A DNA stretch of 64,000 nt from a bacterium (lineage in GTDB: Bacteria; Patescibacteriota; Minisyncoccia; Phycocordibacterales; JAGLPS01). Location: assembly GCA_030690305.1 (NCBI GenBank), contig JAUYHB010000020.1, forward strand, positions 87,535 through 151,534, given 5' to 3'. This document shows, piece by piece, positions 44,901 through 55,112 of the stretch. How positions within the stretch are numbered: position 1 is the first letter of the stretch; each line of letters starts with the position of its first letter. The position numbers and the translations under genes are program-made. Below the pieces are notes generated by a model. The model was not told the DNA's origin. It searched no databases and saw nothing but the letters and a program-made list of their open reading frames with translations.

Positions 44901-45468
44901 AATTTATCTTAAAGTGGAAGGAGAAAAAGGAAAAGAAAGTGTCCATCTTGAAAACTGGCCGACAAAAGAGAAAGCGGATTCCCGCATTGTCGAGAACATG
45001 AAAGAAGCCAGGCATGTCGTTTCTTTGGGCCTTGAAGCGCGCGCGAAGTCGGCAATAAAAGTCCGTCAACCGCTTTCACACATAATTGTTAAAACGCTTT
45101 CTCTGAAAGGGAAAAACGAATACCTCCAACTTATTCTCGATGAGTTGAATGTAAAAGAAATTCGTTTTGATGATAAACAGCAAGACGAGGTCTTTCTTGA
45201 TACAAACATAACATCCGAACTTAAAATCGAAGGAGAGCAACGCGACCTCATCCGCGCTATTCAGGATTTCCGAAAAGCGAAAGGGTTTGATGCGAAAGAC
45301 AAAATAATGCTTATTGTTTCCACGGACGAAACAGGGAAACAGTTCGTTGATGAATATAAAGCCGGACTTTCAAAAACTACGGGACTCTCCGATATCAAAT
45401 ACAAATCTATTGAAGGAGAAGCTGTCAATATCGGTGGTATGTCATTTGTTTTTTCCGTGGAGCGTTAA
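41935..45468 (+). CDS. ileS: Isoleucine--tRNA ligase (type 2) with inserted histidine-phosphatase domain
   Basis: DGPPFATGLPHYGH, GWDCHGLP, WTTTPWT, ISRSRYWG, EGIDQTRGWF, KMSKR; internal RHGEAESN...ILIITH. Confidence 0.95.
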   Translation: MSENPPKKSEIARKEEEILDFWNKNRIFQKSLEKKAPHGDVTFYDGPPFATGLPHYGHILAGTIKDVIPRFETMRGKRVLRRWGWDCHGLPIENLIEQELGIKDKKEIEALGIEKFNEAARASVLRYDQQWRRLIPRSGRWVDMDDQYITMSPSYMESVWWSFSELHKKKLIYQGFKSMHLCPHCETTLSNLEVALGYKDITDISVTVKFELKDEPGTYLLAWTTTPWTLPGNVALAVNPNTDYLIVKAFSGSSESYVIAKEALLNHLFKGQNSLSFMQLFSSDDHEWLGGAREQHSPRIKEIKAKDLIGKSYKPLFDYYQNIPLENKERGWKVYAADFVTTEDGTGIVHIAPAFGEDDLNLAQKEKLPFIQHVSRHGVFEKEVTDFVGQFVKPKDDHQKADIEIIRHLAGKGLLFAKEKIIHSYPHCWRCDTPLLNYASASWFVAVTKYKDNFIKENKKVRFVPEEIRDGRFGKWLEGARDWAISRSRYWGAPLPVWICNQCKEIAVIGSVEELKKKTKSKNSYIVMRHGEAESNVLGLINGDNSTIRHLTEKGQGQVKKTVETLKGKIDIIIASPLTRTKETADIVAGIIGVKEVITDDRLKEVQTGEYNGKLVSEYQNFATREEKLEKRPQGGENLTDVKKRMGEFIYEIDKEYDGKRILIITHEFPAWMLFAAAYGASKKEILALHSGEDFLKTAEARVLDFAPVSHRNYELDLHRPYIDNVEFTCKCGGKMKRIPEVFDTWYESGSMPYASHHYPFETKQFDAKKGFRFPADFIAEGIDQTRGWFYSLLMLSVGLFGKTPYKNVVVNGTILAEDGQKMSKRLKNYPDVEAILDTYGADAMRYYMLSSPVVRGEDLAFSEKGLDEVVKKLSLRLQNVCSFYEMYAQSSVESASNSKDILDLWILSRLSQTRDMITDSMETYALDAATRPILDFVDDLSTWYLRRSRERFKGDDEKDKTAALATTRFVLQEFSKLMAPFMPFIAEEIYLKVEGEKGKESVHLENWPTKEKADSRIVENMKEARHVVSLGLEARAKSAIKVRQPLSHIIVKTLSLKGKNEYLQLILDELNVKEIRFDDKQQDEVFLDTNITSELKIEGEQRDLIRAIQDFRKAKGFDAKDKIMLIVSTDETGKQFVDEYKAGLSKTTGLSDIKYKSIEGEAVNIGGMSFVFSVER

Positions 45469-45470
45469 TT

Positions 45471-46079
45471 ATGTATCACATCTATCACACTGAAGCATTT
45501 GTCATTGGAGGAACCGCCCATGAAGAAGGGAGCCGCCGCGTATATCTTTTTACCCGCGACCTCGGGCTCATACACGCCCTTGCCCAGGGAATACGGGAAG
45601 AAAAATCAAAATTACGGTACTCGCTTCAACCCTACTCGCACACCCACGTGTCTTTGGTGCACGGAAAGACGTGGAGAATAGTTTTTGCCCATACCCAGTC
45701 GAATTTTTTGCACTATTTCGGTCATTTATCCGGGCAGTCGCTCGCGCTTGTCCGTATCCTTTCTCTTGTCCGCAGCCTTGTCGTGGGAGAAGAGAAGAAC
45801 GCCGAACTGTTTTCCATTCTAAAAAACGGATTTCAATTTCTTAAAAGCAATCATACCGAACGGGAAATCAACGCACTAGAGCATCTGATGGTTCTAAAAA
45901 TGCTCAAAAACCTCGGCTACCTTCCCGCGTCACCCGATTTCGACGTGATAAGCGTAGATGCGGAGTTTAACGACAAAATGCTTGATTCGGTTTTTTCCGT
46001 GCAGGCAAAAGCGCTCCGCTTCATAAACACCGCCTTGGCTGAAAGCCAACTACTGCCTAAAAAATCCCCCGTGCTATAA
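45471..46079 (+). CDS. recO: DNA repair protein RecO (short form)
   Basis: YHTEAFV, FTRDLGLI, GIREEKSKLRYSLQ, LKNLGY. Confidence 0.85.
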   Translation: MYHIYHTEAFVIGGTAHEEGSRRVYLFTRDLGLIHALAQGIREEKSKLRYSLQPYSHTHVSLVHGKTWRIVFAHTQSNFLHYFGHLSGQSLALVRILSLVRSLVVGEEKNAELFSILKNGFQFLKSNHTEREINALEHLMVLKMLKNLGYLPASPDFDVISVDAEFNDKMLDSVFSVQAKALRFINTALAESQLLPKKSPVL

Positions 46080-46087
46080 TTTTTCAA

Positions 46088-48022
46088 ATGGAACCGACCT
46101 CTCCCGAAAATAAAATAAACAAACTCAAAGATAATCTTTATTCGAGGAAATTCATACCGCAGTCTCCGTACGACCACTCGAAAATGAGCGAGAAAAAGTA
46201 TGAGGTTGGTGGAGAGTGGAAACACGACCAAATTTCTGTTGACGAGGCGCTTAGAGAGAAAAAAGTTCCCCAAAAACGCTCATGGCTCACCATTCTTTTT
46301 GTTGGCGCCGCCGCCTTCTTTCTTCTTTCCGTCGCTACGGCCGTGTATATGTTTTACGGAGGTTCCATTATCGTTTCTTCAAAAAATGTTGATATTTCCG
46401 TGGTTGGCCCAATTTCCGTTCAGGGAGGCGAGGAGTTGACGCTTGATATTCTCATACACAACAAAAACACCGCCGCGCTTGAATCCGCCGTCCTTACGGT
46501 TGAATATCCCCTCGGAACAAAAACCGTCGGAAATTTGGAAGAAGAACTTCTTCGTGACAGGGAAGGCCTCGAGATTATTCCCGCGGGCGGAGTTGTCAAA
46601 AAAACCGTCAAAGCCGTTTTATTCGGTGAGAAAGAGAATATAAAACCGATTAAAATCACTCTTGAGTACCGCATCACGGGATCAAACGCCATCTTCGCAA
46701 AAGAAATCAATTACGACGTAACTATCAGTTCGTCTCCCGTAACACTGAGCCTCAATTATCCCCCGGAAGTAAATGCCAATCAGCCGTTTCAGATAGAAAT
46801 GACAGTTACATCAAACTCAAACGATATTTTGCGGAATCTTTTGCTCAAGACCGAATATCCGTTCGGTTTCCGTTTTGACTCCTCCGTCCCGCAAAGCATA
46901 TCGGAAAATATGCTCTGGAGAGTAGGGGACCTTGAACCGGCGGGGCAAAGAAAGATAGTTATTACGGGGCGGATTGAAGGACAAAACGAAGAAGAACGCA
47001 CATTTCGTTTCGATGTCGGCATCGCAAGCAAAGATGACAATAAAACAATCGGCGTTAATTTTCTTTCCATACTTCAGTCGGTTCTCATAAAGAAGCCGTC
47101 CGTTGACCTTGCGTTAAAAATAAATCAAGAAGATACACAAGAATACATCGCTCCCATTGGGACCAAAATCCCGCTTACCATTGAATGGTTCAACACCTTG
47201 CCTGTTAACGTCTTGAACGGAACACTTGAGGTCAAGCTTTCAGGTTCGGCGCTCGACAGAGCAAGTGTCGTTGCCAAAAACGGAGGTTTCTACCGTTCAA
47301 TAGACAATACCGTCTTGTGGGATAAGAACGGGTATTCTTTCCTCGGCGACCTCGGACCCAAGAAAACGGGCTCGGTCAGTTTTGATTTCTCACTTGTTAA
47401 GGAATTGTCGACGGTAAACGCTTTGCGCAATCCCGAAGTGCTTATCGAAGCGACATTCAAAGGCACCCGTTTTTCCTCCGATGGTACATCGGAGGAAGTG
47501 ATTTCGACTGTAACAAAGAGGATAAAAGTTTCCTCCGGTCTTGTTGCGACCGGACGTGTCGTATATTCGACGGGTCCTTTCTCAAACAGCGGGCCTATTC
47601 CTCCCAAAGCCGAAGTGCCGACAACGTACAGCGTTATTCTTGCGGTCACAAACTCCGTGAACTCTTTGTCGGACGTTGTACTGCATACGTCGCTTCCTCC
47701 GTACGTGTCTTGGCTCAATAAGATCGATACTGCGTCCGAAAGCATTACATTCGATCCGTCCACCCGCGAACTCGTATGGAATATCGGAGATGTTCCCGCG
47801 GGCACTGGTATATCCCTTCCAGTGCGTCAAGTGGCGCTCCAGGTAAGTTTCTTGCCGAGTTTGGGGCAAATAGGCGCAAGCCCTATTCTTTTGAATGCGA
47901 CAAAAATAAGCGGCAAAGACACATTCACTGGCACGACGATTCAAAACGAAATCAACGCCCTTACGACCAAAATGAGTACCGACCCGAACGCATTTCAAGG
48001 CCACGACAGAGTCACGCAATAA
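46088..48022 (+). CDS. Membrane-anchored extracellular protein with repeated Ig-like beta-sandwich domains
   Basis: Single TM helix near the N-terminus; recurring YPxG..F, W.xGDL and GPIPPKA motifs. Confidence 0.75.
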   Translation: MEPTSPENKINKLKDNLYSRKFIPQSPYDHSKMSEKKYEVGGEWKHDQISVDEALREKKVPQKRSWLTILFVGAAAFFLLSVATAVYMFYGGSIIVSSKNVDISVVGPISVQGGEELTLDILIHNKNTAALESAVLTVEYPLGTKTVGNLEEELLRDREGLEIIPAGGVVKKTVKAVLFGEKENIKPIKITLEYRITGSNAIFAKEINYDVTISSSPVTLSLNYPPEVNANQPFQIEMTVTSNSNDILRNLLLKTEYPFGFRFDSSVPQSISENMLWRVGDLEPAGQRKIVITGRIEGQNEEERTFRFDVGIASKDDNKTIGVNFLSILQSVLIKKPSVDLALKINQEDTQEYIAPIGTKIPLTIEWFNTLPVNVLNGTLEVKLSGSALDRASVVAKNGGFYRSIDNTVLWDKNGYSFLGDLGPKKTGSVSFDFSLVKELSTVNALRNPEVLIEATFKGTRFSSDGTSEEVISTVTKRIKVSSGLVATGRVVYSTGPFSNSGPIPPKAEVPTTYSVILAVTNSVNSLSDVVLHTSLPPYVSWLNKIDTASESITFDPSTRELVWNIGDVPAGTGISLPVRQVALQVSFLPSLGQIGASPILLNATKISGKDTFTGTTIQNEINALTTKMSTDPNAFQGHDRVTQ

Positions 48023-48148
48023 AAGCCAGGCTTTTGTTGCCGTCGCTGGTTCGGAAATGATAATGTAAGAACATTCTCAATTTCACTCACTACGCTAGGC
48101 AATGACACCCCTGTCCACTTGTGAAATCGGAGGGAGAACGTAAAGTTA

Positions 48149-49789
48149 ATGACTATGGCATCGGAGACACTAATGGAAAAAATAATATCCCTTTCAAAAC
48201 GCCGTGGTTTTATATACCAAGGCTCCGAAATTTATGATGGACTGGCGGGAACGTGGGACTACGGACCTTTGGGTGTGGTTTTGAAGCGCAATATCGAATC
48301 TTTATGGAGAAAGCAGTTCGTGGATGAAAGAGATGATATGTATGAGTTGGAAAGTGCCTTGATTATGAATCCGAAAGTATGGGAGGCTAGTGGGCATGTT
48401 GAAGGTTTTTCCGACCCTTTGGTGGAGTGTCAGAAATGTAAAGAGAAATTTAGGGCAGATTATCTAATAAACACAGCATCGGATCTTGAGGCGGTAAAAA
48501 AAGAATGGTATAGACGTGCAAAAAAAATTGATGATGAAATTCAAGCATTACCCTCTTTTAAAGCAAAAGAGGTCTTTCAGCAGTTCGATCCTATTTTAGA
48601 GAAAATAAAAGATGATAAAGAAATTACTTCTGAGCAAAAAATTGCTTTTAATAAAATCTACATAAGAGCAATCAATCATGCCATAGAGGCAAACGAAGCA
48701 AAGATGGAAGTTATAGAGAAAAAGATGGATATTTTGAAAGAATTAATAAACTCAGAAAGTTATATTGGCTTAGTCTTTCATGATTATTTAAACCGATTTG
48801 TATCATGCCCAAGATGTAGAGCGCAAGAAAAATGGAAATCTCCAACTGCTTTCAACATGATGTTTGAGACCCATATAGGGGCCGCACAGGACGACGCTTC
48901 CATGACCTATCTTCGTCCGGAGACCGCACAGGGAATGTTTGTTAATTTTAAAAATATTATCGACTCGTTTCATCCGGAATTACCGTTCGGTATTGCTCAA
49001 ATAGGGAAGGCCTTCCGAAACGAAATCGCTCCCCGCGACTTTATGTTCCGTTCGCGCGAATTTTCGCAGATGGAAATAGAATATTTCGTCCGGGAAAATG
49101 AGTGGGAAAAACATTTTGAAATGTGGCGCAAGGAAATGCTTTCATGGATGGGACGCATCGGACTGTCACCCGCGTCCGTTCACGAATACGAAGTTCCTGC
49201 CGAAGACCGTGCGCATTACTCCAAACGAACGATTGATTTTGAATTTGAGTACCCGTTCGGAAAGAAAGAGTTATACGGCCTTGCGTACCGCACCGATTTT
49301 GACCTCAAAAATCATATGGAAAAAAGCGGGGTGGATTTGCGTTACTACGATGAAAAAGCAAATGAGCGCTTTCTCCCGCACGTTATCGAGCCCACCTTCG
49401 GCATTGACCGAACGGTTATGGCTGTTCTTGCCAGTTCGTACACCGAAGATGAGATGGGGGAGGAGAAACGGGTAGTGTTGAAGTTTCCGTACACCCTTGC
49501 CCCGATTAAGGTGGCGGTCTTTCCTTTGCTTAAAAATCGCCCCGAACTCATTGAAAAGGCAAAAAGCGTATTTGCGAAAGTTAAACAAACCATTCCCTCG
49601 GCTATTTTTGACGACAATGGCAATATAGGAAAACGATACCGAAGGCAGGACGAAATAGGCACGCCGTTTTGCGTTACCGTTGATTTCCAGACGCTTGAGG
49701 ACGGAACCGCAACCGTCCGGGAAAGAAATAGCGGAAAACAGGAAAGAATTTCGATTGACGAACTCTCGTCTTCCTTAAAAGCTGAATAG
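48149..49789 (+). CDS. glyQS: Glycine--tRNA ligase (alpha2 type) with helical insertion
   Basis: KRRGF, WDYGPLG, ASGH, YLRPETAQG, FRNEI, AHYS, IEPTFGIDR, RYRRQDEIGTP. Confidence 0.95.
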   Translation: MTMASETLMEKIISLSKRRGFIYQGSEIYDGLAGTWDYGPLGVVLKRNIESLWRKQFVDERDDMYELESALIMNPKVWEASGHVEGFSDPLVECQKCKEKFRADYLINTASDLEAVKKEWYRRAKKIDDEIQALPSFKAKEVFQQFDPILEKIKDDKEITSEQKIAFNKIYIRAINHAIEANEAKMEVIEKKMDILKELINSESYIGLVFHDYLNRFVSCPRCRAQEKWKSPTAFNMMFETHIGAAQDDASMTYLRPETAQGMFVNFKNIIDSFHPELPFGIAQIGKAFRNEIAPRDFMFRSREFSQMEIEYFVRENEWEKHFEMWRKEMLSWMGRIGLSPASVHEYEVPAEDRAHYSKRTIDFEFEYPFGKKELYGLAYRTDFDLKNHMEKSGVDLRYYDEKANERFLPHVIEPTFGIDRTVMAVLASSYTEDEMGEEKRVVLKFPYTLAPIKVAVFPLLKNRPELIEKAKSVFAKVKQTIPSAIFDDNGNIGKRYRRQDEIGTPFCVTVDFQTLEDGTATVRERNSGKQERISIDELSSSLKAE

Positions 49790-49853
49790 TATATAAAAAT
49801 AAAGGGCAAAAGCCCTTTTTGGAATAAAAAAACGGCCTTTTAAAATCTGATAT

Positions 49854-50183
49854 TTAAGGCCGTTTTTCTACCTTCTTTCTACCTTTTGAAATGTTCCACT
49901 TTTCACGGAACGCCTTCGCACCTCCGTTTGCGATATAATGTTCCGTAAAATCATCCAAAGATGGAGGACGTCTGACTCCGAAATTCCTGAACTCCTCCCA
50001 GGTAACATGCTTGTTGAAATCCGAGAGAATTTCCCTGCTTTGAGATGACAGGAATTCCTCGAATTCCTCTTTAGGTACTTCTCCCTCCTCCTTTATGTTA
50101 CACAACGCGTGTTGCTCCTCGATCTGTGCTCTGATTTTTTCGGCGAGCTTGCGTTCTTCCAGGGGCAGGTCAATAAGTTTCAT
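49854..50183 (-). CDS. Hypothetical protein
   Basis: 109-aa charged ORF with SD AAAGGAGG. Confidence 0.7.
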   Translation of the reverse strand: MKLIDLPLEERKLAEKIRAQIEEQHALCNIKEEGEVPKEEFEEFLSSQSREILSDFNKHVTWEEFRNFGVRRPPSLDDFTEHYIANGGAKAFREKWNISKGRKKVEKRP

Positions 50184-50363
50184 AGAGCCACCTCCTTTCT
50201 GATGATAAATTCTATATTAAGAACATATTAAAAAACAGAGGCTAACTGTTCACTTCTACCTTTAATTATATCATTATTTTACATAAAGTCAATGATTATT
50301 TTCTCTAATCAAGGCCCTAATATATGCTACAATCGCCATTACGCTTCTAATATTTTTTAGACC

Positions 50364-51638
50364 ATGAAATTTAATCAAACCACTCTTCCAAACGGACTCA
50401 AAATTATCACTATTCCTTTGCACGATGCCCCTACGGTAACCGTTTTGGTCATGGTTGAAACAGGTTCGAAATACGAAACAAAAAATATAAATGGATTGTC
50501 GCATTTTCTCGAACACATGTGTTTTAAAGGAACAAAGAAACGCCCGAGTGCACTTGTCATCAGCCACGAACTCGACGCCCTCGGTGCTCAGTCAAACGCG
50601 TTTACTTCACAGGAGTTTACCGGATATTTTGCTAAAGCGCACAAGAAACACTTTCTCACCCTGCTTGATGTTGTTTCCGACATTTATCTCAATCCGGTAT
50701 TCAATGAAAAAGAAATTGAAAAAGAAAAAGGCGTCATTATAGAAGAAATAAACATGTATCAGGACATGCCCCAACGGCACATCTATGATTTGTTTTTTGA
50801 ACTTTTGTATGGCGACCAGCCTGCCGGTTGGCCCATTGCCGGTCCCAAAGAAAACATACGAATTCTTTCCCGCAAGGATTTTATTGATTACCGCGCCGCT
50901 CATTATGTTGCCTCCGGAACCGCTGTTATTGTTGCGGGTAACATAAATGAAGAAGAGACAAAAGAACATATTGTCCGGCTGTTTTCCGCAATCCCCGCAA
51001 CACCGAAAGAAGACAAAAAACCGGTTGTTGAAAAACAGGAAAAACCTGAAATTCTCGTCAAGCACAAAGACACCGACCAAACGCACCTGATGCTCGGAGT
51101 GCGGGCCTTCCCGATACATCACCCCGACGCTCCAACACTGCGGGTTTTGAGTACCATATTGGGTGGGGGAATGAGCAGCCGCTTGTTTCAAAAACTTCGT
51201 GAGCAGATGGGTGTTGCGTACTATGCCCGTTCGGAAGCCGATTTTTACACGGACCACGGCCATCTTGCGATTACAACTGGTGTTGATAAAAAACGCGTTG
51301 AGGAGGTCCTGTCAGAGATTTTGCAAGAACTTGACCGTTTGAAAAAAGAACCCGTGCCGCAAAAAGAGCTCGACAAAGCAAAAGATTACCTTGTCGGAAC
51401 GATGTATTTGGAACTTGAATCATCAGATTCAATAGCGGAGTATTACGGATACCAGAACGCGCTCCGACGTCCTCTTCAAACGCCCGAAGAGTTTGCGGAT
51501 AAAATAAAAGCGGTAACGGCGGAGGATATTATTCGCGTTGCCAAGGATATAATAACCAACTCTCGCCTCAACTGTGCGGTGATTGGAGACATTTCTTCTC
51601 CCGATATGCTTAGAGAAAAACTTGTTCTGCCTTCATAA
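50364..51638 (+). CDS. M16 family zinc peptidase
   Basis: GLSHFLEHMCFKGT (HxxEH), NAFTS, GGGMSSRLFQ. Confidence 0.95.
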   Translation: MKFNQTTLPNGLKIITIPLHDAPTVTVLVMVETGSKYETKNINGLSHFLEHMCFKGTKKRPSALVISHELDALGAQSNAFTSQEFTGYFAKAHKKHFLTLLDVVSDIYLNPVFNEKEIEKEKGVIIEEINMYQDMPQRHIYDLFFELLYGDQPAGWPIAGPKENIRILSRKDFIDYRAAHYVASGTAVIVAGNINEEETKEHIVRLFSAIPATPKEDKKPVVEKQEKPEILVKHKDTDQTHLMLGVRAFPIHHPDAPTLRVLSTILGGGMSSRLFQKLREQMGVAYYARSEADFYTDHGHLAITTGVDKKRVEEVLSEILQELDRLKKEPVPQKELDKAKDYLVGTMYLELESSDSIAEYYGYQNALRRPLQTPEEFADKIKAVTAEDIIRVAKDIITNSRLNCAVIGDISSPDMLREKLVLPS

Positions 51639-51691
51639 AAGGCCATAGGCATTCTCTTCTCATCGCAGAAGAGCGGTGTTATCATAGCAAT

Positions 51692-52759
51692 ATGAATTCA
51701 AAAGACGTCACGGTCCACGTTGACGCGGGGAGTGTGGTAAAAGCTATCGCCATTCTTGCGCTTGCCTACGTGCTCTTCATCCTCCGCGACCTGCTTCTCG
51801 TTATTTTGACCGCGGTTGTGTTTGCCTCCGCTGTTGAGCCAATAACCAAGTGGTTTGTGGGATATAGATTCCCGAGATTACTTGCGGTGATTCTGATTTA
51901 TCTCGGCCTTGCCGTTTCCCTTACCCTTACGTTCTACCTTCTCTTTGTTCCGGTTCTCAACGAAGCCTCAAACGCGCTTTCTTCTCTGTCTCAGTACATC
52001 AGTACGGTAAATACCGACGCGCCCGTTGTTTCCAGTTCTTTTCTTGATGCGAATCCGGCAATAAGACAATTTTCAGGAAGTTTTTCTCTCAAAGAAATTG
52101 CCCAGCAAATCAACCTCGTGGTTTCAAACGTTTCGGGGGGCATTTTTAACACCATAAGTCTCGTGTTCGGAGGACTATTGAGTTTTCTCCTCATACTCGT
52201 GCTTTCTTTTTATCTTGCCGTTCAGGAAGACGGAATTCCCGTGTTTTTGAATATGGTAACGCCGGCGCGCCACCGTTCGTACGTCATAAGTTTGTGGCGC
52301 CGTGCCGAGAAAAAAATAGGTCTGTGGATGCAGGGGCAATTGGTGCTCGTTGTTTTGGTTGCGGTTTTAATTTACCTCGGCCTTACGCTTTTAGGCGTTG
52401 AGCATGCACTTCTGCTCGCCATTCTTGGAGGTATTCTTGAAATTATTCCGCTTTTTGGTCCGGTTATCTCATCTATTCCGGCAATTCTTACCGCCTTTTC
52501 CCAGGACGGCTGGTCGCTTGCCTTAATAGTTATGGGTCTTTACATCATTATCCAACAGTTTGAAAACCAGCTCATTTATCCTCTTGTTGTCAAAAAAGTG
52601 GTGGGAGTTCCGTCAATTGTTGTTATCCTTGCCCTTATTATTGGGGCTAAACTCGGCGGTTTTTTGGGGATTCTTTTATCCGTACCACTTGCGGCGATTT
52701 TGCTTGAATTTTTAAATGACCTTCAGCGCGACATGCTTCACCCGGAAAAAAACGCCTAA
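51692..52759 (+). CDS. AI-2E (UPF0118) family transporter
   Basis: WMQGQL, IIPLFGP, IQQFENQLIYP, GFLGILLSVP. Confidence 0.92.
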   Translation: MNSKDVTVHVDAGSVVKAIAILALAYVLFILRDLLLVILTAVVFASAVEPITKWFVGYRFPRLLAVILIYLGLAVSLTLTFYLLFVPVLNEASNALSSLSQYISTVNTDAPVVSSSFLDANPAIRQFSGSFSLKEIAQQINLVVSNVSGGIFNTISLVFGGLLSFLLILVLSFYLAVQEDGIPVFLNMVTPARHRSYVISLWRRAEKKIGLWMQGQLVLVVLVAVLIYLGLTLLGVEHALLLAILGGILEIIPLFGPVISSIPAILTAFSQDGWSLALIVMGLYIIIQQFENQLIYPLVVKKVVGVPSIVVILALIIGAKLGGFLGILLSVPLAAILLEFLNDLQRDMLHPEKNA

Positions 52760-52762
52760 GTC

Positions 52763-54223
52763 ATGGAATCACGAAAGCCTTTCTATATAACAACGACACT
52801 GCCGTATGTGAATGCAAAGCCTCATCTAGGACATGCGGTTGAGCTTGTTCGTGCCGACGTCGCAGCCCGACACAAAGCCTCTCTCGATTTTGACGTTTTT
52901 TTTAACACGGGTACCGATGAGCACGGACAAAAAATTGCGGAGATTGCGAAAAAAGAAAACATCGATACGCAAGTTTTTGTTGACAAAATGGCCGAACACT
53001 TCAAGGAGTTTTGCTCCGCTCTTGCGGTGGGAACGGGGGACTACACTTTTTCGTTTATACGTACAACCAACGCACAGCACGTCTCTGCCGCGCAGGAATT
53101 TTGGCGACAAAGCAAAGAAAAAGGTTTTATTGAAAAGAAAAAATATACCGTTAAATACTGCGTCGGGTGCGAGCTTGAAAAAACGGATTCCGAGCTTGTT
53201 GACGGACGATGTCTTCTACATTCCAATAGGGAAATAGAATTAAGGGACGAGGAAAATTATTTTTTTAAATTCTCCTCATTTCAAAAACAACTTCTTAATT
53301 TGTATCATAGCCGTTCCGATTTTGTTGTACCCGCGACACGTCTCAATGAAATAGAAGCGTTTGTTTCCCGCGGACTGGAAGATTTCAGTATTTCCCGCCT
53401 CAAGGAAAAAATGTCCTGGGGCATTCCTGTGCCCAATGACCCCGACCACGTCATGTATGTGTGGTTTGATGCACTCGTTAATTACATTTCCGCGATAGGC
53501 TGGCCGCAGGACAAAGAAAAATTTAATAAATGGTGGAATGAAACCGGGGGTGTTGTGCAATACTGCGGCAAAGACAATCTGCGCCAGCAGGCGGCCATGT
53601 GGCAGGCTATGCTTATGTCTCTTGGTATTACTCCTTCAAAACAAATTGTCATTGACGGCTTTGTAACCGGAGAAGGAGGAGTAAAAATGTCCAAGTCACT
53701 TGGTAATGTCATAGACCCGCTTGAAATCGTGAAAGAGTACGGCACCGATGCCCTCCGCTATTACGTGCTCCGAGAATTGCATCCGTTTGAAGACAGTATT
53801 TTTACTTCTGAAAGGTTTAAGGAAACCTATAATGCCAATCTTGCGAATGGCCTCGGTAATTTGGTCTCCAGAGTAATGAAAATGGCCTCAACCTATAACA
53901 TAAGACTTCCCAAAGACGCAGTAGCTGGGCAATCACCTGAGTTTGAGAAAAAAATCAACAGTTTTGATTTAAAGGGAGCAATGGATTTTATTTGGGCCGC
54001 CCATATTATGTATGATGACGCATACATACAAAAAGAAGAGCCATTTAAAAAAATAAAAACTGACCCTGAAAAAGCGAAAATAGATATAGAATTCTTACTG
54101 ACCGATTTATTTACCATTGCTAATCATCTCTCATCATTTATGCCTGAAACCTCCAAAAAAATACTATCTCTTCTCAAAGAAAATAAAGCGCCTGAAACCC
54201 CACTCTTTCTCCGAAAGCAATGA
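52763..54223 (+). CDS. metG: Methionine--tRNA ligase (no C-terminal OB domain)
   Basis: [38 protein letters not shown]. Confidence 0.96.
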   Translation: MESRKPFYITTTLPYVNAKPHLGHAVELVRADVAARHKASLDFDVFFNTGTDEHGQKIAEIAKKENIDTQVFVDKMAEHFKEFCSALAVGTGDYTFSFIRTTNAQHVSAAQEFWRQSKEKGFIEKKKYTVKYCVGCELEKTDSELVDGRCLLHSNREIELRDEENYFFKFSSFQKQLLNLYHSRSDFVVPATRLNEIEAFVSRGLEDFSISRLKEKMSWGIPVPNDPDHVMYVWFDALVNYISAIGWPQDKEKFNKWWNETGGVVQYCGKDNLRQQAAMWQAMLMSLGITPSKQIVIDGFVTGEGGVKMSKSLGNVIDPLEIVKEYGTDALRYYVLRELHPFEDSIFTSERFKETYNANLANGLGNLVSRVMKMASTYNIRLPKDAVAGQSPEFEKKINSFDLKGAMDFIWAAHIMYDDAYIQKEEPFKKIKTDPEKAKIDIEFLLTDLFTIANHLSSFMPETSKKILSLLKENKAPETPLFLRKQ

Positions 54224-55014
54224 GGCCCGATTTTTTCGATATACATTCTCATATTCAATTACCCGAATTCGATTCCGACAGAGATGCGGTAATACAGCGT
54301 TTACGCGAACAAAATACGTGGACTATTACTGTCGGCACCGACAAAGAAAGCTCAAAGAAGGCCGTAGAATCAACACAATTGTTTTCCGGCATATTCGCTG
54401 CAATCGGCCAGCATCCAACGGATGATTCGGAGGCAATATTTGACGAATCTTTTTATTCACAACTTGCCACAGACCCTAAAACGGTTGCCATAGGGGAGTG
54501 TGGACTCGATTATTTCCGTGCCAAAGACGATTCGCGTGAGGAAAAAAAACGGCAGAAAGAAATCTTTGAATCGCATATTGAACTTTCTCTTACACACAAC
54601 AAACCCCTCATGGTTCATTGTCGGGATGCATACGAAGACGTGCTCGATATTCTTGAACTTAGACACAAAGAAGCAGGGGGGAATTTGAAAGGCAACGTTC
54701 ATTTTTTTGCTGGTAACGTGGACATTGCGCGCAGATTCCTTTCCATCGGTTTTACATGCTCATTTACCGGAGTTATCACGTTTACCCCGGACTATGACGA
54801 AGTCATTTCCTACATACCCCTTGAATCAATCCTTTCGGAAACTGACAGTCCGTTTGTCGCTCCTGTGCCGTTTCGGGGAAAACGATGTGAGCCATCTTTT
54901 GTTTCATATGTTGTTGAGCGCATCTCACAGATAAAAAACATTTCTTTGGACGAAGCAAAAAAAGCCATGGTTGATAATGCCTTCCGGGTTTTTCCCCTTT
55001 CATCCCTACACTAG
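54220..55014 (+). CDS. tatD: TatD family hydrolase
   Basis: [29 protein letters not shown]. Confidence 0.95.
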   Translation: MRPDFFDIHSHIQLPEFDSDRDAVIQRLREQNTWTITVGTDKESSKKAVESTQLFSGIFAAIGQHPTDDSEAIFDESFYSQLATDPKTVAIGECGLDYFRAKDDSREEKKRQKEIFESHIELSLTHNKPLMVHCRDAYEDVLDILELRHKEAGGNLKGNVHFFAGNVDIARRFLSIGFTCSFTGVITFTPDYDEVISYIPLESILSETDSPFVAPVPFRGKRCEPSFVSYVVERISQIKNISLDEAKKAMVDNAFRVFPLSSLH

Positions 55015-55112
55015 AAGCTTTTTCTTGCGAGAGAACTGGCTTTATGATAGTCTTTCTCCTATCTTGGCTCTTCCGCCTACGCAAGGGTAATAGAGATTAA
55101 AGATAAAAAATT

